A program made the position numbers and the translations under genes. Shown here one piece after another: positions 8,726 through 16,997 of a DNA stretch of 64,000 bases; within the stretch, counting starts at the first letter, position 1; every line of letters starts with the position of its first letter. Below the pieces are notes generated by a model. It was not told where the DNA came from and made no database searches. It saw only the letters and a list, made by a program, of their open reading frames with translations. This DNA comes from Patescibacteria group bacterium (GTDB lineage: Bacteria > Patescibacteriota > UBA1384 > 2-12-FULL-50-11): assembly GCA_016861245.1 (NCBI GenBank), contig BOKZ01000001.1, positions 77,107 to 141,106 of the forward strand. Reading direction: 5' to 3'.

Positions 8726-8764
8726 ACGCCGCTTTTTCAGTGGTTCTGGTGTAATATGAAGTAG

Positions 8765-10423
8765 ATGAAGGCGAGGGGTCTACTAGTTTTTGGGGCGATA
8801 GTCTTCGGTATACTGCCAGTATTATTAACAGTTAAACCGGTAAAAGCGGCTGCCGCTTCGTATTATTTTTCTCCGAGTACGATCAAGCTTAATGTCGGTC
8901 AGTCGACCACTGTGTCGCTTTTCCTTTCCACCGACACCGCTATTAACGCTGGCGATGGAACTATTGTATTGCCGACTTCTTACGTCAGTGGGAGCTCAAT
9001 TAGTAAATCTGGCTCGATCTTTGCTAACTGGCCCGAAGAGCCGGGTATCAGTGGAGCGAGTATTAGATTTGCCGGCGGTTTACCAACCCCTGGATACCAG
9101 GGAACTTCAGGTAGGGTTCTAAGCGTTACGATTAGAGGAGTTGCGGAAGGAACAGGGTTAATTACCATTTCTGGCGGTCGGATCCTCGCCAATAATTCCG
9201 GTTCGACTAACATCTTCAGTGGTGCGTCATCGGCTACCGTGACGGTAACTCGAGTAGTCACCGGTGCAGCGATCACATCTACAACCCACCCCGATCCGAC
9301 AAAGTGGTACAAGGCAAAAGATGCTAGTTTAGCATGGACAAAACCGACCGGCGCAACAAGTTACTCGTATACCCTCAGCCATGACGGCGGCCAGCCGAGT
9401 AAGTCTGGCTCCGGATCTGCAACGTCGGCTAATTTCTCCGAATTATCCGACGGTATTTGGACGTTTTCGCTCGTAACAACGTTCTCAGACGGCAAGACTG
9501 CCAGCTCTTCCTACACGATTAGAGTCGATACCACCCCGCCGGCAAAATTCGAGTTTACAACTGAACGCAAAAACGGCTCCACCGATCCGTTCCCGGTTAT
9601 TAGTTTTACCACTACCGACACGCCATCTGGAATCGAGCGATACGAAATTATCGTTGATAATAACGAACCGATCTCAACAACTGAAAGCACATTTAAACTG
9701 CCGAAGCAGCGGCCAGGCAAACATACTATTATTGTTAGAGCAATCGACAAAGCAGGTAACAGCACCGACTCTGTCGGCAGTTTTAACGTCGATGGTTTCG
9801 CCGGCCCGATTATTACCGATTACCCCTCAATCGTTTCGATCTTTCAGAAGATTAAGCTAACCGGTACAGCTTTATACGGCGCGAAGGTGCAACTGTACAT
9901 CGGCGGTATCGTGGTAGAAGAATTTATCGTTAAAGATCACCTGAGCGATAACCAGAAAGAGTCTCCGGAGATCGCAACTGTCACAGATGATCGCACTGTT
10001 GAGTGGACATATGAGATGAAAAACGGGCAACTGCCAGGTTATCGGTTACTATACGCCACACAAACCAAGCCCGACGGCGCTGAAAGTAACCAATCTAACC
10101 AAATAAAGTTTCTTGTGGCGCCGGATTCGGTGAACGTATTTGGGTTTAGTGTTCCCCTATTACTCGTTGTCTTTCTCCTACTTATTGTACTAGTAGTTGC
10201 CGGCGCATTTATAGTTATCGGTTACCGTCGCGTAAGAGGCGTCGTAATAAAAAGAAGAAAAAATAACGAAGAACTGGAACGAATAGTAAAAGAAAAAATG
10301 GACGGACTGCAGCACGACTTGGAGCGTCGCATAAGCCGTACTACTAAGGACCCTGATAGCATTATTAAAGACGAGATCGACGGCACAGAAGAAGAGATAA
10401 TTAGCGAGATCGAGAAAAATTGA
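8765..10423 (+). CDS. Cohesin-like N-terminal domain plus Ig-like repeats (S.TH.DP.KWY, VDTTPPAKF) plus C-terminal TM anchor and charged coiled tail: scaffoldin-like surface protein
   Basis: It has a signal peptide. A paralogous domain carries GGLPTPG and ILANNSG. A TM segment (LLLVVFLLLIVLVVAGAFIVIGY) is followed by RRVRGVVIKRRKNNEELERIVKEK... Confidence 0.7.
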   Translation: MKARGLLVFGAIVFGILPVLLTVKPVKAAAASYYFSPSTIKLNVGQSTTVSLFLSTDTAINAGDGTIVLPTSYVSGSSISKSGSIFANWPEEPGISGASIRFAGGLPTPGYQGTSGRVLSVTIRGVAEGTGLITISGGRILANNSGSTNIFSGASSATVTVTRVVTGAAITSTTHPDPTKWYKAKDASLAWTKPTGATSYSYTLSHDGGQPSKSGSGSATSANFSELSDGIWTFSLVTTFSDGKTASSSYTIRVDTTPPAKFEFTTERKNGSTDPFPVISFTTTDTPSGIERYEIIVDNNEPISTTESTFKLPKQRPGKHTIIVRAIDKAGNSTDSVGSFNVDGFAGPIITDYPSIVSIFQKIKLTGTALYGAKVQLYIGGIVVEEFIVKDHLSDNQKESPEIATVTDDRTVEWTYEMKNGQLPGYRLLYATQTKPDGAESNQSNQIKFLVAPDSVNVFGFSVPLLLVVFLLLIVLVVAGAFIVIGYRRVRGVVIKRRKNNEELERIVKEKMDGLQHDLERRISRTTKDPDSIIKDEIDGTEEEIISEIEKN

Positions 10424-11394
10424 TGAGACGGCTGTTTGGCCTCTGCTTACTATTTATCGCAACCGTACTACCGTGGTCGGAGGTCGACGCAGCCGGAGTT
10501 ACTTTATCGTTCTCGCCGAATCAAGGCCAGTATCTAACCGATTCGACCTTTGATGTCTCGCTAGTACTAAATACCAACGGACAAGCGATAAACGCTTTGG
10601 AAGTATATGTGAGTTACCCGGCCGATAAGCTCCAAATTGTTAGCCCGACAACTGGCAACTCATTTATCTCGATTTGGATAGCCGGCCCAAGCTACTCGAA
10701 CTCAGACGGTACAGCAACGTTTTCGGGCGGGTTACCGACCCCCGGTATCACCACCAGCGCCGGGATTATTAGCACTGTTAAGTTCAGGGCAAAAGCTTCT
10801 GGTAGGGCGGTCGTTACATACCAAACCAAATCTAAAATTTTAGCCAACGACGTCAGCGGAACAAGCTTACCGATTACCTTTGGGCAAGCGGTTATTAATA
10901 TTTCTAACGCGCCGCCAGCAGGCCCGATTGTAAGCTCGACCTCCCACGAAGATCCGGGCAAATGGTACGCCGATCGGACTTTCCTGGCGAGCTGGGAGGC
11001 AGTTGGCAGTGAGTACAGCTATCTATTCGACCAATTCCCAACTACAACTCCGGATGAGACAGCCGAAACAACGACGACTGCGATAACTGAAGCGATACAA
11101 GAAGACGGACAGTGGTACTTTCATATTCGTGCCAGGAAAAACGAAGTTTGGGGAGCAACGACGCATTTTGTGCTTCGGGTTGATACCACCCCACCCGCCA
11201 AATTTACAATTCAAGCCGATACGTTAGCCATACGATCCGGTGAACGTGGGATATTTTCGTTCGTCACAACCGATAGCGGCAGTGGCGTTGATTACTACGA
11301 GGTCAGGGTTATGAACCAATCCGGCGACTCCAGCGAAGCAACGACGTTTATCGAAGCGACTAGCCCCTATCAACTACCGCAGCCTTATCAGTAA
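10423..11394 (+). CDS. Cohesin-like N-terminal domain plus Ig-like repeats, without a C-terminal anchor; possibly the 5' part of a disrupted scaffoldin-like gene
   Basis: The ATG at 10423 overlaps the preceding TGA. It has a signal peptide, GGLPTPG, ILANDVSG, S.SHEDPGKWY and VDTTPPAKF. It ends ...PYQLPQPYQ with stops in the following 20 nt. Confidence 0.65.
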   Translation: MRRLFGLCLLFIATVLPWSEVDAAGVTLSFSPNQGQYLTDSTFDVSLVLNTNGQAINALEVYVSYPADKLQIVSPTTGNSFISIWIAGPSYSNSDGTATFSGGLPTPGITTSAGIISTVKFRAKASGRAVVTYQTKSKILANDVSGTSLPITFGQAVINISNAPPAGPIVSSTSHEDPGKWYADRTFLASWEAVGSEYSYLFDQFPTTTPDETAETTTTAITEAIQEDGQWYFHIRARKNEVWGATTHFVLRVDTTPPAKFTIQADTLAIRSGERGIFSFVTTDSGSGVDYYEVRVMNQSGDSSEATTFIEATSPYQLPQPYQ

Positions 11395-11416
11395 CCCAGC
11401 ACTGATTAATATTGCG

Positions 11417-11653
11417 GTGATTTCTTCTATCTTTCTTTTGCTACTGTTGCTGCTTATCCTAATTAGAAATTACCGAGAGAAAAACCGATTAAACCGAGTA
11501 ATTAACGAGGTTCGGCATCTTCAGGAAGAAATTAGAGTCCGACGTCAGGAGCTGGAAAAGCTAGAGAACGCTTACGGCCAGACATCTAGTAGCCTCAATT
11601 CGCTAGTCCAAGGCGACCAGTCCAGGCAGACGCTCCCCACTCAACAGCTTTAA
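11417..11653 (+). CDS. Small TM plus coiled-coil protein, possibly the detached C-terminal anchor of the 10423 gene
   Basis: GTG start. The sequence is ISSIFLLLLLLLILIRNYREKNRLNRVINEVRHLQEEIRVRRQELEKLE, which resembles the TM plus charged tail of the 8765 protein. It overlaps the pgk 3' end convergently. Confidence 0.35.
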   Translation: MISSIFLLLLLLLILIRNYREKNRLNRVINEVRHLQEEIRVRRQELEKLENAYGQTSSSLNSLVQGDQSRQTLPTQQL

Positions 11654-12715
11654 CGTAGCGCCGCCGCCGGTCGAAGCAAATGTAAGATCGCCAAGCAGTT
11701 TAAGCCGAGAGAAAATTTCAACCGTATTTCCGCCCCCAATAATCGTAGTAGCTGCTGAGTCAGCGATAAAGTGAGCAACTACTTCTGAACCTACCGCGTA
11801 CTCTTCCTCTTCGGCTTTACCGAGCGAGCCGTTCCAAAAGATAGTTTGGGCAGTTTTTAGATGCTTTAGAAAAAGCATGGTAGTATCGTGACCGATATCG
11901 AGAATTGCGCCGTTTTTAGTTACGTAATCAACTGGTAACACGATTTTACCCTTTGACCGACGGAAAATGGTTCGGGCGTGTTCGAAATAATCTGTGTCAA
12001 CCACTGAGCTACCGACATCCTTACCGAGCGCCGCCAAGAAAGTGTTTGCGACACCACCACCGATTAAGATTTTGTCGGCGTGCTGAGCCAGGTACTTAAG
12101 TACCGGCAGTTTATCGTCGATTTTAACGCCGCCAACAACTACAACAAATGGCCGCGCCGGATGCCGAACTAATTGTCGCATGATCGAGACTTCTTTCTCG
12201 AATTGTAAGCCGGCGTAGCTTGGTAGGAATTCGGTGATGGCCACAAACGAAGCGCCTTCGTGGTGAGCGACGTTAAACGCCTCATTCACAAAAACCTCAC
12301 CGTACTCGGCCAATTTCCGGGCAAAAGTCCTGGAGTTTCGCTCTTCGCCGGGATCAAACCGTAGGTTTTCCAGACCAAGCAGCTCCCCGTCTCCCAGGCT
12401 TTCTACCGATGTTCTAGTTTTTTCGGAGAAAAGCGTCGGCGCGAAGATGATCGGTCGTTTCAGTAACGCTGACAGGCGCAAATAGACGGGGCGAAGAGTG
12501 TAGTCCCGGTCAACTTTCCCCCCTGGTCGGCCAAGATGAGCGCATAAGACAATCCGACATTTACGGTTAATTAGATATTGGAGAGTCGGCAGTAGTACTC
12601 TTAACCTTGAATCGTCTGTTATTTTCGACGGAGCTGTTTTAGACATCGGAACGTCGGCTCCGATCCGCACTAAAACAGTTTTGCCGAAGATATTCGCTTC
12701 TTCGAGTGTTTTCAT
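11603..12715 (-). CDS. pgk: Phosphoglycerate kinase
   Basis: Full-length PGK-like sequence. The C-terminal hinge motifs are IIGGGNTV...ASTGGGATLKLLSGERLPGLVAL. Confidence 0.9.
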   Translation of the reverse strand: MKTLEEANIFGKTVLVRIGADVPMSKTAPSKITDDSRLRVLLPTLQYLINRKCRIVLCAHLGRPGGKVDRDYTLRPVYLRLSALLKRPIIFAPTLFSEKTRTSVESLGDGELLGLENLRFDPGEERNSRTFARKLAEYGEVFVNEAFNVAHHEGASFVAITEFLPSYAGLQFEKEVSIMRQLVRHPARPFVVVVGGVKIDDKLPVLKYLAQHADKILIGGGVANTFLAALGKDVGSSVVDTDYFEHARTIFRRSKGKIVLPVDYVTKNGAILDIGHDTTMLFLKHLKTAQTIFWNGSLGKAEEEEYAVGSEVVAHFIADSAATTIIGGGNTVEIFSRLKLLGDLTFASTGGGATLKLLSGERLPGLVALD

Positions 12716-12755
12716 CTTAATTCAGTGTATCAACCATCAGGCAAAACGCCCACAG

Positions 12756-12764
12756 TGCTACAAT
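12756..12764 (+). promoter_or_regulatory. Extended -10 element TGcTACAAT positioned for a leaderless transcript of the 12771 gene
   Basis: TGCTACAAT ends 6 nt before the ATG at 12771. No Shine-Dalgarno sequence is present, and no good -35. Confidence 0.3.
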
Positions 12765-12770
12765 ACAAGT

Positions 12771-13736
12771 ATGTTAAAAAGTACTCTGAGCTTTTTCTTG
12801 ATAATTCTGTTATTTCTTTCGACGCTCGGCTACACCGCCAAAAGCCTGGAGAATCCTGAATTCTTGGTTGAGCAGTCTCGAAGAGCTAACCTGTACGGTC
12901 GCTTAACTAACCAAGTCCAGCTTATAGTCCCTAAAGAAACTCAGGAAGCAACCACTTTAAGTAAAGAAGAGATGACCGAGATCATTATTACGGTTATCGA
13001 TGCTGAGACGTTTTACACTGTCTTAGAGGAGTATCTTACTGCTGTGATGGGATACTTGAAGGGTTCTTCTGACGGACTTCAATTCTCGTATAGTTTGACG
13101 TCGATTAAGCAAAAGGCGGCCGATGAGATTACTCAGAAAGCCCTTGCAAAGTACGCCGCGCTACCAGTTTGCGGACAGAAAGAGTTAAGCGCCTGGGATC
13201 CGGAAAAAGAGTTTCCAACCTGTAAGTTACCTGAAGGGAACGTCAAGGATAACGATATTGAACGGATTTTTAAGAAAAGCGCTACCGAAGGCGTCGCGAA
13301 CTTGCCAGAAGCAATTTCTGTAACTAACCCTAGCGAAAGCATGCAAAAAACTCGAAATGTCGTCATAAAAACAAACCAAATCGTAACGATCGTCTGGGGG
13401 CTAACCGCGTTGATCGTTGCGTTGATGCTACTACTACTGCGTGCCAAGGCGTTCCGACCGCTGGCTGTAACATTCATTATTGTCGGATTACTTCAAATCG
13501 GGTTTAGTCTGATCGCTTGGGACTGGATCGCCAGAGCCGTCGGAGAATTATTTAGCGGCTCCGACGCCGCGGCAGTAGCGCCGATAATTGCCGATATCGT
13601 GGCGACCGTCCTTGAGATACTAAAAACAACGCTCGGTAACATTAGTATCGTCACTCTCGGTATTGGCGTAATGTTTCTGGTGCTAGCGATCGTGCATTGG
13701 TTCCACCGACCGAAAGAGCAATCTCAAAAAATTTAA
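12771..13736 (+). CDS. Hypothetical membrane protein (N-terminal signal/TM, C-terminal multi-TM)
   Basis: An internal ATG was chosen because the 12681 start would overlap the pgk 5' end on the opposite strand. The start reads MLKSTLSFFLIILLFLSTLGYTA. Its stop overlaps the convergent neighbour's stop (TTAA). Confidence 0.55.
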   Translation: MLKSTLSFFLIILLFLSTLGYTAKSLENPEFLVEQSRRANLYGRLTNQVQLIVPKETQEATTLSKEEMTEIIITVIDAETFYTVLEEYLTAVMGYLKGSSDGLQFSYSLTSIKQKAADEITQKALAKYAALPVCGQKELSAWDPEKEFPTCKLPEGNVKDNDIERIFKKSATEGVANLPEAISVTNPSESMQKTRNVVIKTNQIVTIVWGLTALIVALMLLLLRAKAFRPLAVTFIIVGLLQIGFSLIAWDWIARAVGELFSGSDAAAVAPIIADIVATVLEILKTTLGNISIVTLGIGVMFLVLAIVHWFHRPKEQSQKI

Positions 13737-14695
13737 CGCCGAAGCGACTCTTCTAATCTTGCAATCAGTTTCGCTCGAAAATTTTTGCTTTTCATTTCGC
13801 CAATTAGCGCCAAGTGGCCTCGGTCCGACCGAAGTAAGACGCTGGTTTTAGGAAAGTGAAGTTTTTTAAGTGATCGATTCTCGAAAAAGTGTGTAATAAA
13901 CTCAGCAACGTGCTGGCTAAACGACTTATAGACTCGTAAAACGTTTGAGCGTAACCACTCGGGACTGTCGAAGCAGAGTACGTTGTCGTAGCCTTTAATT
14001 CGCATAAACGGATCGGTGACGACGTGCCCGTCGCCGGCAACCCGTGCGCCCTTGATAAACCTAGAGCTAACCGCAGCCGACGGCGAGCCGATAACCATCC
14101 CGGCGCTTTTTGCACTAGTTTTGGTAATTGCGTGCTCTGACAGATACGATTGAATAACGGCTGGCTGGGCGTTGATATGTAGCGAGATACTTCGTAGTAA
14201 ACTCGGGTAATGCCGCAGTTGGAACGATCGCAAGGCAACTGCCAACTGGGCGTTATGAGCCGAGCTTCCTGAAATACTCACGGCTGCACTAATCGGTCGT
14301 TCGCCCTTCTTTGCTGCCGCTAAGGCGCCAATTAACGTTGCGAATTGCTGATAGATCAAAGATAACTCTTTTTTCGAGTAATACGGAAGCTGATCCAAAA
14401 TTAGAAAGTCGTAGGTTACAGTCGATCGGCTAGTTATAATCTCCTGGCGACGCAAATTCACACTTTTTATCGAAGATACTTTGAGCTGCAGATCGTTGAA
14501 CTGTTGTTTTAGGTTAACTCCGTTAATTTTTCCGACCGGATCGAAAGAAAGAAGGTCTGTAACGAGCTCGTCGTCGTCAGTTAACCACGTTAGCTTGTAC
14601 TGCACTAATGGTCCGAGGTGTCGGTCGAGCGCCTTAGCGATAAAAAGTGAGAGTGGTGATTTGCCGATAAGCACAACATGGAGTTGTTTGGACAT
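13733..14695 (-). CDS. Hypothetical protein; possibly a degenerate FAD/NAD(P)-binding oxidoreductase-like fold
   Basis: The N-terminal HVVLIGKSPLSLFIAKAL lacks GxGxxG. The C-terminal GARVAGDGHVVTDP resembles the AIGDCA-type motif. No confident family assignment. Confidence 0.5.
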   Translation of the reverse strand: MSKQLHVVLIGKSPLSLFIAKALDRHLGPLVQYKLTWLTDDDELVTDLLSFDPVGKINGVNLKQQFNDLQLKVSSIKSVNLRRQEIITSRSTVTYDFLILDQLPYYSKKELSLIYQQFATLIGALAAAKKGERPISAAVSISGSSAHNAQLAVALRSFQLRHYPSLLRSISLHINAQPAVIQSYLSEHAITKTSAKSAGMVIGSPSAAVSSRFIKGARVAGDGHVVTDPFMRIKGYDNVLCFDSPEWLRSNVLRVYKSFSQHVAEFITHFFENRSLKKLHFPKTSVLLRSDRGHLALIGEMKSKNFRAKLIARLEESLRR

Positions 14696-15474
14696 TACTT
14701 TGCCAGATCGGCCGCGATCCGGCAGATCGATGCAAACTCTTTCGCCTTAACCGAGGCAGTGCCCACTAGCAGACCTGATATTTCTTTGTGCCGTAAGTAT
14801 TCGCCAGCGTTGGTAGCGTCGACGCTGCCGCCGTAGAGGAAGTGCACTGTATCGGCCGCGGTACCGAATTGCTTCGTCAGTTCTGAGCGCAATCGCTCGA
14901 TTATCGCAACGGCGTACTCGGCTGTAGCTTCGTTCCCGTTACCGATCGCCCAAACTGGTTCGTACGCAATGATCACGTCTTCCAAATACTCTCTCTTAAC
15001 TCCAGATAGTCCTTGTTCTAATTGCTCTACGATCTTCCCCCACTCCACCTGCGCCAAATTACCGTTTGCATCAACTGCTTTTTTTGTCTCACCAACGCAA
15101 AGGATCGGCTTAATCCGCCAGCGTAAACATGATAATAGTTTATCGTTAATTGTTTCGTTATCTTCACCTAGGTAGCGACGACGCTCTGAGTGCCCAATAA
15201 TCGCGTACGAAACGATATCTTTTAGCAAATACGCCGACATCTCTCCGGTATACGCGCCTTGATCCTCGGACCAAACGTTTTGGGCGGCGAAATGCACGTG
15301 CGGCATCTTGTGTTTCCAGTGTTCGAGAACTGGCAACAGCCATGCGGTAGGTGGTGCTAGAACGGCCGTTACCCCATGGATAGATTCTAGCGACTGTCTC
15401 AAGCTACCAGCTAACACCACCGCATCAGATAGCGACGGGTACATCTTCCAATTGCCAACGATTATTTTCCGCAT
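14695..15474 (-). CDS. tpiA: Triosephosphate isomerase
   Basis: IVGNWKMY, AYEPVWAIGNG, LYGGSV. Confidence 0.92.
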   Translation of the reverse strand: MRKIIVGNWKMYPSLSDAVVLAGSLRQSLESIHGVTAVLAPPTAWLLPVLEHWKHKMPHVHFAAQNVWSEDQGAYTGEMSAYLLKDIVSYAIIGHSERRRYLGEDNETINDKLLSCLRWRIKPILCVGETKKAVDANGNLAQVEWGKIVEQLEQGLSGVKREYLEDVIIAYEPVWAIGNGNEATAEYAVAIIERLRSELTKQFGTAADTVHFLYGGSVDATNAGEYLRHKEISGLLVGTASVKAKEFASICRIAADLAK

Positions 15475-15510
15475 CTCTATCTACGGTACCAGGCACTCTA
15501 CTAACAAAAA

Positions 15511-15532
15511 AGACCCCGATCGGGGTCTTTTT
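15511..15532 (-). terminator. Rho-independent terminator (GACCCCGATCGGGGTC palindrome flanked by A-run and T-run)
   Basis: aaaaaaGACCCCGATCGGGGTCttttt. On the minus strand it follows the small acidic ORF and gives a 3' U-tract. Confidence 0.7.
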
Positions 15533-15548
15533 ATTATCCCAAAGGGAT

Positions 15549-15686
15549 TTACATGGCGGCTTCTTCGGCCTCTTCTGGCTTCTTCTCACCATCCATTGGC
15601 ATCTCTTCGCCCTCAGCAGCCTCTGCCTCTGGCATCATGCCTTCTTCTTTTTTCTCTTCCATACCTTCCATCATTTGGTCACCCAT
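15549..15686 (-). CDS. Unannotated 45-aa highly acidic Met-rich small protein (MGDQMMEGMEEKKEEGMMPEAEAAEGEEMPMDGEKKPEEAEEAAM)
   Basis: GGAGG lies 7 nt upstream of the ATG. It sits between proS and the terminator. It falls below the 60-aa cutoff of the ORF track. Confidence 0.45.
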   Translation of the reverse strand: MGDQMMEGMEEKKEEGMMPEAEAAEGEEMPMDGEKKPEEAEEAAM

Positions 15687-15773
15687 AGCGGACCTCCAAT
15701 TCTTTAGGCAGAAAAACTGCCTGTCCTTGCGGACGCTTATTTACACTAGGGTAACAGCCGTAAATAATGGGTG

Positions 15774-16997
15774 TCAAGAGAAGATCTTCTCGAGTACTTT
15801 ACTAACTTCTTTCAGGAGAACAACCGTACTCGTGTCGCTTGAGCGCTCTTTAAGCTCGACTGCGTTTTCAGCTTTCGTTTTCGGGCTAAGAACTAACCGA
15901 ACTGGTATACCGATCAGATCAGCTTCAACAAATTTTGCGCCGGCTGGCATTTCACGATCGTCAAACAAGACCTCAAAACCGGCTTTAGTTAATGTATTAT
16001 AGAGCCCTACCCCGTCTTTCGAGTTAGTTAAATCGATAAGATAAGCCTGGAACGGCGCCACCTGTTTTGGTAGCACTAGTCCGTTTTGATCGTGAAAGAG
16101 TTCGGAAATTGTTCCAAGCAGTCTCGTGATACCAATGCCATAGCTACCCATAACAATCGATTTCCGAACTCCGTCTTTATTTAAGTACTTTAAATCGAAC
16201 GCGTCAGAGTATTTGCTACCCAAATGAAAGATATTACCGACTTCGATCGCTTTAACGCGTTCGAGCTTATCTTTTTCTGCTACCGAGATATCGGCCTCGA
16301 CTTCCTTATTGAAACCTGTTTTCGTCTTATGATTCACAAGGATCTCATCCTCTCCGGTCGGACAGATAACCTGAAACTCGTCAGAATATTCTTTACTAAA
16401 GACACCGCCGCTGGCCTTAACTCGATACGCGTCCAGACCGAGCCGCTTAAAAACTCTTAAATAAGCTGTAGCCGCAGACTCGTAAAACTCGTGATGCGAT
16501 TCGTTATCGGGATGAAAACTGTAGAGATCTTTCATTCGGAATTCACGACCACGTAGTAACCCGGATTTTGCCCGTAATTCTTTGCGGAATTTAGTTTGAA
16601 ATTGATAAAGAATAACCGGTAGATCGCGATACGACTGAACTTTCTCCTTCACAGCAATACTCATTGGCTCTTCGTGGGTTGCACCAAACGTCATATCAGC
16701 GTCTTGATCGATGTAGACGATCTGACGGAAGTTCTCGTCGTCCCAACGACCGGATTTCTCCCAAGTCGATTTCGGCTGCAAGGCGGAGAAAACTACTTCG
16801 TTACCACCGATCGAGTTCATTTCTTCGCGTACAACTTGCTCGATCTTCTGAAGTGATCGAACCGCTAACGGCAGTAGTGCGTAGACACCGGCAGCAACCT
16901 GGCTGATATAACCGGCTTTCGCGAGTAAGTAGGCGTTGACGCTGTCTTGTTTGGCAGCGTCTCGCTTAGTTGGGGCGTAGAATTCTGAGAACTTCAT
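15774..16997 (-). CDS. proS: Prolyl-tRNA synthetase (short 407-aa class II form)
   Basis: Class II core with ProRS-like N-terminus (YLLAKAGYISQVAAGVYALLPLAV). The C-terminal anticodon-binding domain is present. Confidence 0.85.
   Translation of the reverse strand: MKFSEFYAPTKRDAAKQDSVNAYLLAKAGYISQVAAGVYALLPLAVRSLQKIEQVVREEMNSIGGNEVVFSALQPKSTWEKSGRWDDENFRQIVYIDQDADMTFGATHEEPMSIAVKEKVQSYRDLPVILYQFQTKFRKELRAKSGLLRGREFRMKDLYSFHPDNESHHEFYESAATAYLRVFKRLGLDAYRVKASGGVFSKEYSDEFQVICPTGEDEILVNHKTKTGFNKEVEADISVAEKDKLERVKAIEVGNIFHLGSKYSDAFDLKYLNKDGVRKSIVMGSYGIGITRLLGTISELFHDQNGLVLPKQVAPFQAYLIDLTNSKDGVGLYNTLTKAGFEVLFDDREMPAGAKFVEADLIGIPVRLVLSPKTKAENAVELKERSSDTSTVVLLKEVSKVLEKIFS

Noticed and set aside
1-11394. 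LPXTG sortase-anchoring motifs in the surface proteins (expected if this were a canonical Csc locus with CscD)
   Set aside because: No LPxTG followed by a hydrophobic segment and basic tail was found. Anchoring is by C- or N-terminal TM helices and a putative WxL-like domain instead. The absence is noted rather than treated as a feature.
12681-12770. ORF-track start at 12681 for the membrane protein
   Set aside because: This extension overlaps the 5' end of pgk on the opposite strand and encodes a non-signal-like N-terminus. The internal ATG 12771 with an extended -10 was preferred.
15308-16002. Plus-strand ORFs 15308..15688 and 15553..16002
   Set aside because: They are antisense to proS and to the small acidic gene, and their composition is low-complexity Ser/Ala. 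They are spurious.
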